This document shows, piece after piece, positions 54,037 to 64,000 of a DNA stretch of 64,000 nt; position 1 is the stretch's first letter, and every line of letters begins with the position of its first letter. Source of the DNA: Paramecium tetraurelia (Eukaryota). The DNA is taken from the NCBI GenBank assembly GCA_000165425.1, contig CT868004.1:186001-250000 (forward strand). Direction: 5' to 3'. Below the pieces are notes generated by a model. That model saw only the letters and a program-made list of their open reading frames with translations. It had not been told where the DNA came from and did not search any database. The translations under genes and the position numbers were made by a program.

Positions 54037-55090
54037 TGCTCTATGTTATTTATGTTTGTAGCTATTATTTTTTGTATCTTTTTCAATCTCATTATTGTAT
54101 TAGTAAATTAAAAATTGTAAATTATATTCCTTCCACATGAGTTTTTGATGGGATTAATTTTTCACCTTTACAGAATAAATATATTTTTATATTTCAATAG
54201 AAATTATTCGAGAGACTCAAAAATTGTTGAAAGAAGATTATAAATAAGAGAAAGTTATATACAAAAATTACAAATTGAATTATAAGTATAAAAATCAAAA
54301 TATTGTCATTCCATTAATATTCCAATTTGTTTCTATTAATAGAATTCATCTCAATGATTACTATTAAACTTTATTCATTATTTAAGATTTTATAAAATGG
54401 TTTTCCAATTATTTAGAATGATATTTCTCTTTGAAGTTATCTAAAATTTAAGACCCCTCTCCAAATAAATTTACATTCCTTGAAAACAACCATATTGAAT
54501 TGCCAAATTCCAAAACATTAATCAAATAAAATTTCAGGAAATGAATCCTAATAGATCTGTAAATCTTCAGGAATAATAATTATAATAAATTAAAAGATAA
54601 TTTTGATTTGATTTACATAATTATAAAATAATATCTTTTTTGAATGGACACTTATATCCTTTCTTTTTACAATAAAAACCTTGATGATGAATTAAAAATT
54701 AATACAATACAGCAATTTTATTTTAACATAAATCTTCTTAACCAAGAGGCTAAGATGGATTTTTTATGTCTTCTTACTTAACATCAAAGGATAAGATAGT
54801 ATTTAAGCAAAAATGCGATAAATTGCTTATTGATTTAAACATTCATTAAACTTTTCATCTTAAATCCTCATAAACTGATTGTATAAGTATTTTTTCGGTC
54901 TTTCAAAATGAGTTATTGAGTTTGATTAACAATTTAATGGCATTTTAGATTTCTTTTCTTTGCTAAATCAAAATTCGAAATGATTTATTGCTGTTAATCA
55001 TATTATTCATGTTGTAAGATTTTATCAAGGTATCAAGTTCGCTCACTGATTTATGTGATTATTTTAATTATTAATAATATTGTATATATT

Positions 55091-55440
55091 ATGATTAATT
55101 GGGCTGCAAATGATGTTTGTCAAAATGATCATAAACTACAGTGGGTAAAGAAGCATATTTCTAAATGTACTCAATGTGGCCCAGTCGACACAATGAGCAG
55201 ATACGGATGCGTTTAATGCAATATATATTATTGTGTAAAATGCAGATAGCCTCCTGTGATGGGAGAATTTTGTGGAGGAGGACACGAGTATATATTATCA
55301 ATAATAGATTGAAATACGTTCCTAATCTGAAATATCATTCTTGCGATGTATGTAGGGCTTCAATTGCAGGAGGAGCATATAGATGTTAAGAATGTGATTA
55401 TGATGTATGTGAAAAATGTTGGATAGTAAAAGAAGATTGA
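55091..55440 (+). CDS. Small protein with two C1-like/ZZ-like Cys/His zinc-binding modules
   Basis: CQNDHKLQW...CTQC...YGCVQCNIYYCVKC; CGGGHELKY...CDVC...YRCQECDYDVCEKC. One 20-nt intron. Confidence 0.85.
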
Positions 55441-55458
55441 TTAGTATATAATAATTAT

Positions 55459-56276
55459 TCACTTAACCCCTAACTAAAGAAGTGATTTATCTAACAGGTT
55501 TTCATTGGAGTTAACCTTATATTTGTATCTATCCTCTTTTAAACGATTAACTATGTTATTAAAATCCTCTTGCTTTCTGTAACATATTAATTTTTCTCTG
55601 TTGTTTACTATTTCAATTTCTTCCTTCTCAAAAGTTAGAACCTCTTTATGAATCCTCATTTAAGGCTGTCCAAATTAATTAATTTCACCTTATTGAAATA
55701 TCCTTTTCTAAATCTTTGGGGTTGTCCACTAATTGTTTAACCATATCAGTCTAACAATTATAAATAAAGTTGCCTTCTCTTTACCTTTTCATTCTCTCTT
55801 TCAACATCTTAGATATTATCATCGATTTTCTTCCTAAAATAGTTCATAATCAAAGACTGTTAGCATAATCTATATTTTCTTAAATTTTATTGATTGCATT
55901 TATTTTAAGTTTGTTACTATATTGTGTTGGCGAATTCTCAAGAATTAATTTCTACTTTTGTCCTAAGTAAATTTCTATTACAAAGGGTTTTTAAGCACAA
56001 CAGCAAAATTCATGAGTTCATGAATGCCTCTACAAATTAAGCTTTATCAAATTAAATATTATTTCATCTTTATAGTTGCAATATTACTCATAGTTTAATT
56101 GATTAGATTTTGGAACATTGTATCGTAAACTTCATGCAGACTTACTCTTATGATGCCTATAGAAGTATGTACTCATGTCCTGCTGTAAAGAATGTAATAT
56201 TAACAACATATAGAGAAATCACTTTCAACACATCTAAATTAGATTTATCTAATTGTATTTAATTAACCAAATTCAT
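55459..56276 (-). CDS. Hypothetical protein or decaying gene
   Basis: Clear 3' exon ...MRIHKEVLTFEKEEIE...DKSLLQLGVK-TGA. The upstream part needs unresolved introns or frameshifts. Confidence 0.35.
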
Positions 56277-56610
56277 TTGATTACTTGTGCAATTATATAT
56301 TTATTATTATGCACAACCAAACTTTTGGGATATATAAACTAATATCTAAAGGATATCCAAAGTTCCTTCAAATTTCTAAATTATTAGAGTGTTTTTATTC
56401 TTTTCATTTGTCATTCTCCCAAGATTTAACCCCAATTGATTGGAATTTCAAACGTTGTTTCAAACATATAAGGAAAAATTATATGATTCAATAATGAGAA
56501 TCTTCTATGAATGAGGATCTAAATGTATTCATAATTCAATAAGAAATAGTGATTTCTTTAATATAACATAAAATTTTTGGTTTTATAATTATATTGAAAT
56601 AAAGACATCA

Positions 56611-58971
56611 TCATTATTTAATTTTTGGTAATTATGTTTGACTTTGACTTAATGTCATGCTTTATTAATGTTAACTGGATTCTTTTTCATTCTAACTCCT
56701 ATCCTTTTCCAATTTTTCTCTGTTAGATTTCAATTTCTCTTGCATATTCTTATATCCAATTCCGAACTATGGATAGAATCACAATCTACCTTGCCCATTC
56801 TCTCAGGGGAGGTTTCTTTCGGAGGGAAGACTGCCCAATTTTTGAAATCTCCCAATTATCCTTTGTATTTGTCTAATTCCTTGTCACATGAGGCACAACT
56901 ATAAGAGAGAGGTTTCTTAACAAACAATGAATCCTAATCTTTGGATCCATCACCTTCTAGTATCATAAATATTTAATTAATCTAATTAATGATTCTAAAA
57001 TACTTTCTATTCCAGATATATAAGTGCTTTTTTAGTTTCTTATTTATTAGCCAATGTTTTGATAAGTTCAGTGACAACCTTTTGTAATTAATCCAAAAAT
57101 GCTTGATTCAAATCTTTGACTTCCTAAGCATCAGCTTTTCTGTCTATACTCAATTTGGTTTCATCTCCAATTCTTTGGATATCATCTCTTACTTATTTGA
57201 TTTTAGGATCAAAAGTTTAGAATAATTCATCCTTTGTTACAATTGATTCAATTTTCTTTCCAAAATTGTTTATCTTTATTTTATTCTGATCTTAATCACG
57301 TTTAATCAAATCCATCTATTCTCTTTAATTCTAAAGTTCAATATAAATTTTATCAGTCTAGATGCCTTGGATCTTCTTTTCTAATTCGGCCAACTTCACA
57401 TGAGTTTGTTGATTATTCTAATTCATTTATGTTTTGTGAATTAATAAATCACTAATATGAGATTACATACTATTTACTTTTCAATTTCTTTTATTGATTA
57501 TTACAATTCCTTAATCTAATGTAATAGTTCTTTGTCATTATTCGAGTGTCTCAGTGGTGTTTCAATTTGCATCGACGATTATCTTTATTAAGATTTTCCT
57601 AATTGCTCTCTCAATTAGCTTATGTCCTTTTCCAGTTTGGCAATATCTGTCTGCTCTGCTTTCTTGTCATTTTTACTTTTGAATTCCCTTCTTGCTTTTT
57701 CTAACTCTTCATCTGCATGATCTTAAACACTCTTCATTTTCATTTCCTTTTTTGTATTCTCATTCTAGAAGTCTGTTGTTGTACAATAATTTTATAATTG
57801 ATCTCTTAATTTATTTATTTCTACTAAGATTAAAGCAACCTAATTCTCTTGCATGTCTTATCCTTATCCAAATGTGGCTAAGTTTAATTAAGTCTACAAA
57901 GCCTCAATTTGTGATTGCAATTTCTTTATATCACTTTTGATCTAATTTAACTCCTCACTCGAAACATCAGATTATTAGTTATTGTTTTAATCCTTTAATT
58001 TCTATCTCACACTATCTACTATTTCGAATAAAGACTAGATCTCCTCTTCATGACCATCTAATTTCTTATTGATATCCGATAAGTCAACTGGAGGATTTTC
58101 TTCAGGAATTTTAATTTTGCTCAATGCTTCCTTTAAATCTACTAGTTCTTATGATTATTATTCTTGTTTTTATTCTAACTTTAGATAAATATTTACTTAA
58201 TTCTTGAACTATTTGATTTAATTTGTTGATTTATTCATCATTTCCATTATATTGAATAGGGAGAGCCATAGGTTAAACTGGAGTTTCCTTGATTATTTCC
58301 TTCTCTACTATAATCTATTCCGGTTTGCGTTCTTCCACTTCATGCAACTCATCTTAGAAACCATTCATCTATCTCTTGATATTTTCGATTTCTTGATTCA
58401 ATTAGTTTATCAACTGGGATTGTTGAGTTTGAGTATTATTTAGATCTTCTATTTTCTTGGCTTATGCAGTTTATTCACTTTCTAAATCCAACAAGGATTG
58501 TTCCTATTATTTTACGATTCTATCTAAATGGAATGTAAATCAAAGACTTACTAAATCTCTGGGCTGTCTAATCTAATTCTTCCTTAGTTGCATAGTCTTT
58601 CTGAATTTCTTCCTTAGCTGCCTAGTCCTTCTAAGTTGCTTCCTGCAATTCCTATAATTTTGAAGTGATTTGATCAATTGTGTCTTTGCTCTATTACTTG
58701 GTTTCAGGAGTTTCACTTACTTCTTTCAGTTTCTTGTAATTTATTCATTTCATACCTGTACCCAGTCCGAATTGTCTTAAACTCTAGAATTCAACAACAC
58801 CATTCCCTTATGCAATTGTTTTAATATAGATATCAAAACTGCAAAATTTTTTTGTAACAATTCTTCTGAGAATTGGATACTCATCATTTTATCCATACTT
58901 AAGTTGGCCAATTCTTAATCAAAAGATTAGAAATTGGGATCGAATATTACATTTATGAGTTATTCTTCCAT
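56611..58971 (-). CDS. Long coiled-coil protein with a C-terminal CxxC module (DUF4795/C16orf96-like)
   Basis: Gln/Glu/Lys heptads followed by DSLFVKKPLSYSCASCDKELDKYKGQLGDFKNWAVFPPK; ends LPKIKQ-TGA. Confidence 0.8.
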
Positions 58972-59226
58972 TTTAAGATATTAAATTAATAAAATATATA
59001 ATAACCAGATCGATTATATTAATTTTAAACCGGGATAATTACTACTACATAATGCTTTATTTGTTTTAATGTTAACATTATATTGAATCACTCTTAGGAA
59101 TATCTTATATCTTTTTGATTTACTCAAGTAATTGTAATAATATGAATTATAGGAGTATTTTACATGCAAACTTTGGATTAAATTCAATAAGTGAAATAAT
59201 TAATAAACCTTTTTTATTTATATTAA

Positions 59227-60901
59227 TCAAATTAATGGTGGAAGTACAGAACGACAAGTTGGACAATTTAATTTGACATTCATCCATTTAGTTAAGCAAA
59301 TAGAATGAAAATGATGACCCTAATTTAGTAACTAATTAATACACAAGGTGTTTCCATAAGTTTATGTGAATTCTAACTAATGATTTGAGCAATAAATTTA
59401 TTTTCTGATTAAGATTCACTTGGTATGTCAGTCAATTAAGTGATACAAATGGCACAATCTCCCTCTATGGGTTGTTCAACGAAGTATTCATGAGTTTTAG
59501 GTCTGAGACATTTGGGTATAAAGAATCTGGGTCCGATTTTACATTGATAATAGTACAGAACTACCTAAGCAACAAATAAGAGAAGAATAATAGTGACTGA
59601 TAAATAAGACACCTGTGCATGTAGAATATTGTAGGGGCAACCTCTGAAATAAATCTAAATGATTAGATGCATATTACAGGTATGAATAATCTGGTTGACA
59701 ATAAGCCAAAAACAAATATTTTATCAAATTCTACATATTGTCCTTGATATGCAACATGTATTATTTAAGGTAGTAAGTATAGATTCATTGCAATCAAGAA
59801 AACATTATAGTAAACAAAATAGTAGAGTAGTAGTACTAAAATAATAGCAAGCATGTAAAATTTGAGATGAAATCTGTAAAGCTCTCTTCTCAAATTTAGG
59901 TTGTCTTCTAAATTGATGAACCTTTCCTACCAGATGTGTTTAGCGAGTTTCAATTCCAAGAAGAAGAACAATACTAATTCAAGGAAGGCAGGTGTTAGGA
60001 AATACTAAATAAATAATAAAATAAAATACTTCACTTTTTATTGCAAGAAAGAAATGAACAATTCCTAAGTATCCATCAAAGATCATTAGAAAAACAAAAA
60101 TAAATAGGCTGAATTAAGTAGCGATCCTATTTTAATTGATTAAGTCTCTCATCAATCTCAGGCAACTGATAAATTGAATCACACTTAGAACAGAAACGAT
60201 TGTGGAATAAATTATGGCTTTATTATCTATCTTAATATAGACATAAAATTTTACATTTATCACCCCTAGACTAGAACTGAATGAGAATGTATCTGAGTAT
60301 AATTTATAATGTGCATTCAAGTCTAATGTAATATCATCTATGGTTTCACTTTCCGAATCAAAATAATCTAAATTCATTGTTAAATTCGCGTAGATTTCTA
60401 TGATTTATTGATCCTTTTCAAAAACGCTAGATCTTCTGTAAGACCCTCTAACATTCTCAAAAACTAATTTCTTGTCTTCAAATGGATAAACTAACTACGA
60501 AGAATTCAAATAAAATGAGAATTGGTTATAGTAATCCTCTAGAAATTAACCTTCAATGAGTTTTAATTGTAATTGTATCTGAAAGCGATTTTAATAGGAG
60601 GTTTTAAAAAAAGTAGCTTCTGCTAAGTTATTAGATAAATTTTAAGAATCTGTCCATTTTCCTTGAAATTAGGAGATTAGCAGCTTTTCTAAGATTTAAA
60701 AATGTTGTTAGATTTGAGCTAATGTTTAATTGGTCTCTGTAATATTGATGGCTCCATCTGTGCCATTATTTTAAGAATATGGAATTTGATTTGATTTATC
60801 AGCATATTAATTTGGTTGAATGAATACATAAAAGACAGACATGAAAGCAAATACAATTAAGATAATCCTTCTTCTTCTCTATCGTTACCTAGCCCTTGCA
60901 T
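59227..60901 (-). CDS. Multi-pass transmembrane RING-H2 E3 ligase (Tul1-like)
   Basis: Luminal-type N-terminal region, several TM segments, LPQIF and LGPRFFIP-like motifs, and a C-terminal RING-H2 DCAICI...PC / HHFHSICLTKWMDVKLNCPTCRSVLPPLI-TGA. Confidence 0.85.
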
Positions 60902-61024
60902 ATTGCAGTTCTAATTAATAGTTTTAATGATGATTATCAATGTCAAATTATTGCATATAAAAATTATTTAATATAAATAATTACAAAGAAGCATATAATT
61001 CCTTCCATAAATTAAATTCTTGTA

Positions 61025-62136
61025 TCAAAACCTTCTCTAGATCAGCATCTATTTTGGTTCCTCCAGTTTGCTTGATAGCTTTGACGATTGCTCTTTTTAA
61101 TTATGTACTAATATGGCTATTAATGCATGAAAAAGCATCTTGGTAGAACAGAGATAAGAATCTTGAATGATATTTAAATTGCTTTAATAAACTTCAACCT
61201 TATAAAATATTAACTTAAATTACTTTCATTTTAATTATATTTCTATGGATCTAGTATCAATAATTCTTAAAAATGTAATTAACAATGTATTTGAGACATA
61301 TTAATTTAAATATGATTTTCCATAAAAATTTATAAAGTTGAATAATTGAAGTGATTTGATTCATCTCTAAATTCTTTTTTTTTAACTATTTTATTATCTC
61401 ACTAATTTTCAGTATTTTCTTTTAACATAATTCATTTTAAACTATATTCCCTTTCATGATTGTTAGTTGATCATCTATTATTATATCCTTCTTCCGATAT
61501 TCTAGTTCTCATTATATAAATAGACCATTAGTTTAAACTAAATAATCTGATTGATATTCCCTTAGTGTGAAGAGTTATCATATGTTTTACAAAATTGATC
61601 ATTTACATATAACTATTAAATTATTAAATATATAATTAAATTAGAGTTATGACATCCTAATTGGTTCTATAAAGGAGGGTAGAATAATAGATTTATGATC
61701 CAATTGATATTGATAATTTCACTATAACTTCAATTAAATTGTCTTATGACATTGTCAGAATTACAAAATATTACGCAACATCTGGGTTTGCATTCTCTGC
61801 TGCTGGTATCAATTAATATTGCCACCTATTGTAAATATTCAAATATATTAATATCAGTTTAAATTGATAAATATCAGGTTATATGTTGGTCTTAATTTTG
61901 GATTGAAGTCTGATTAATGCCAGATTTGGAGTCCCAAGATTCTGTTAAGAACACCAAATTATATAATTAAAATGCAATTAGGTTTATAACTTAATTTATA
62001 TTATCGGATATCTCAAGTTAATAAAGGAACAATTTTTCTTCCTAATTTAAGGATTTAATAATTCAATCTTATCCTAAAATCTATTCTTTATCTTAGCGAT
62101 AAGGTTTGGAATTAATTAGAATCGAAATTTTCTCAT
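61025..62136 (-). pseudogene. Probable degenerate coiled-coil gene relic
   Basis: Coding-like 3' exon (VEVYQSNLNIIQDSYLCSTKMLFHALIAIL...QRRF-TGA), but I could not build a continuous frame upstream. Confidence 0.3.
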
Positions 62137-62348
62137 TTCTTATTTTAGTTGAAATATAATTTAAGAGGAATTTAAAAAAATGGAAAAGTAAACCTTTGAT
62201 TTTAAAAAGCAAACAGAATTCCGAGTTTTTTAAAATGAAAAGCAATTTTAAGACTGCATTCTCTACAAAGATATAATAATTGAATGATACTCAGAGATAC
62301 TTTATAGTTTTTAAAATAATCAAGTATATTACTTAAAATTATATATGT

Positions 62349-62870
62349 TCAATTTGTATTTTACTCTTTGATTCTTGCCATTTCAAAAATTACTACCAAA
62401 CAGCATAACAATGGAATAGCAATAATCAAGATAAGATTTAGGTTTAATTATTGTTGTTTCTTAAGATTATTAACACTGCTTTAAAGTTTGACATTATTGG
62501 CTTTCTTTTAATTTCTCAATTATTCTACAATGTCTGTAATCGAGTTTTATTGTAATTTCATGATACTGTTGCTGATATTGTTTGGTGATTAAGCATGTTT
62601 TAATTTAGCAGACTCCACTATGTCCTTATATTTACTTTATTTCATTCCCTTCTCTAGCCTAATAGAGTTTAGGCTTTCACATTTTATTTGATTAGTATTG
62701 TATAAATCATCATACAATTTTTATCGGTTGAAAAATTCTTTACTGCTGAACGGTTAACAAATCGAAATTCGTTCCATCGATTTAAAGGATTGTTAATGAT
62801 TCTCCATTTAATCTTCAGCTATTGTGGTTTTTTAGTGACTTTTGGAATTCATATTTTATTTATTTATCAT
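62349..62870 (-). CDS. 173-aa tail-anchored membrane protein (paralogue of 43682-44149)
   Basis: Intronless ORF with KEFFNRQKLYDDLY, SITDIVEQLRNQKK and TM NLILIIAIPLLCCLVVIFEM. Confidence 0.8.
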
Positions 62871-63682
62871 GATGAATATTTTGAATTAAATGCTAATAAA
62901 GCTTATGAAAATATTTTTAACTATTTAACAGAGGATAATTTTATTTATCTCCTTTAATAAATAAACACATAATATTATAATTGTCTTTATTATCATCACT
63001 TATCTTTTATTTTCATTTATTTGTCCTGATCCTCAATATTATTTTTGGCTGATTTATTCCTACTTGTTATTTATAAACTAGTATATTAAATACTTTTATA
63101 ATAAAATAATAAATTCTAATTTTTATATCAAATGAAGGAAATATTATAAATATTCTTTGAATTCAATTGTGTTTAAATGAATAAATAATTCATATACATA
63201 CATACTAAAACAAATTTATTATTTTAAGTATAATTAAAATAATTCTAAAATTAGTCTATCCTACTTTTTTAAAATTTATATAATTTGCAATTATAATTTG
63301 ATAATTGTAATTTATTATAAAAGTAACAACATGAATACATAAACGAACCAATTCAAATTAATTGAATATAATCCTATCTAATTATAATAACAGTTTTCCA
63401 TGATATAACTACTCTGAGTTAAGGAAAATATTATAATAATACAATTGATATTAATACTATTATTATCTCAAATTTTTTAATTGCAACTAGAAAATTTTAG
63501 AAATGGATTCATATTTAATATATTTTTCTAAGTTGTAGGTTATTTTTAACAACTTCAAAAATTTGCACTTGTAAATTTTAGGGGACATCTTTTGAAATTT
63601 TTTGATTAAATTAGAAATTAATCAATTATAATGTTTTATAAGTTCAATTAAATCTTATTAGGATCGAATTATTTAATTACAA

Positions 63683-64000
63683 ATGAAATCCGCTAATAAG
63701 ACAGCTTCGATGATAGTGACAATGTTCACGCAACAGAAGTATCATATTGTCTAATATTTAGCTAAGAATTACAACTTGCGTAAGCAAGGAAGGAATTTGA
63801 TTAACTCACAAGGGAAATAGCAGAGAGAAGAAAGAAGCTGCTTTCAGAATTGAATAAGGGTAAGGCTTAAGAAAAGGAAAAGGTAGATGCAAACAAAGCA
63901 GAAAAATTCAAAAATATGGTACTTAAAATATTTAAAAAATTAGGATGAGCACAGAATACCATTGGAAGAACTTGAATAGAGATTTTAAACAAGTTCAAAT
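63683..64000 (+). CDS. 5' end of a P-type IIC (Na+/K+-ATPase alpha-like) cation ATPase, truncated by the window edge
   Basis: After two introns (23 and 25 nt): ...KAEKFKNM / DEHRIPLEELEQRFQTS, matching the 'DEH.. ..EEL..R..T' start of the cation-ATPase N-domain. Confidence 0.7.

Overview
Eukaryotic ciliate DNA, most likely the Paramecium macronuclear genome. It is very AT-rich, uses genetic code 6 (TAA/TAG = Gln, TGA the only stop), has GT..AG introns of mostly 20-35 nt, and has intergenic gaps as short as 10-45 nt. The supplied standard-code ORF track is therefore mostly fragments or antisense shadows, so I re-translated genes by eye with code 6. About 30 genes are supported. Recognisable ones include PP2A catalytic subunit, a CCDC81-like protein, an FHA/RINGv protein, RPS21, a CDPK, a large PAS-domain membrane protein, PDH E1-beta, an LRR plus multi-TM protein, CCDC39, HflX/GTPBP6, a C2HC zinc-finger protein, an SDR with PTS1, a degenerate cNMP-binding channel, a Kelch-BTB protein, a Tul1-like RING ligase and the start of a P2C-type ATPase. 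The most notable observations are: (1) a protein with four tandem truncated-haemoglobin domains; (2) a tandem pair of secreted, probably GPI-anchored proteins with an 8-Cys domain, an RxL motif and Gln/Pro/Gly repeats; (3) a head-to-head pair of divergent importin-alpha-like genes; (4) divergent start codons only 10 bp apart, and an ATGA stop/start overlap; (5) clustered +1 homopolymer frameshifts in PP2A and CCDC81; (6) two dispersed paralogous tail-anchored proteins. No database searches were run. All family calls come from motifs recognised by eye.
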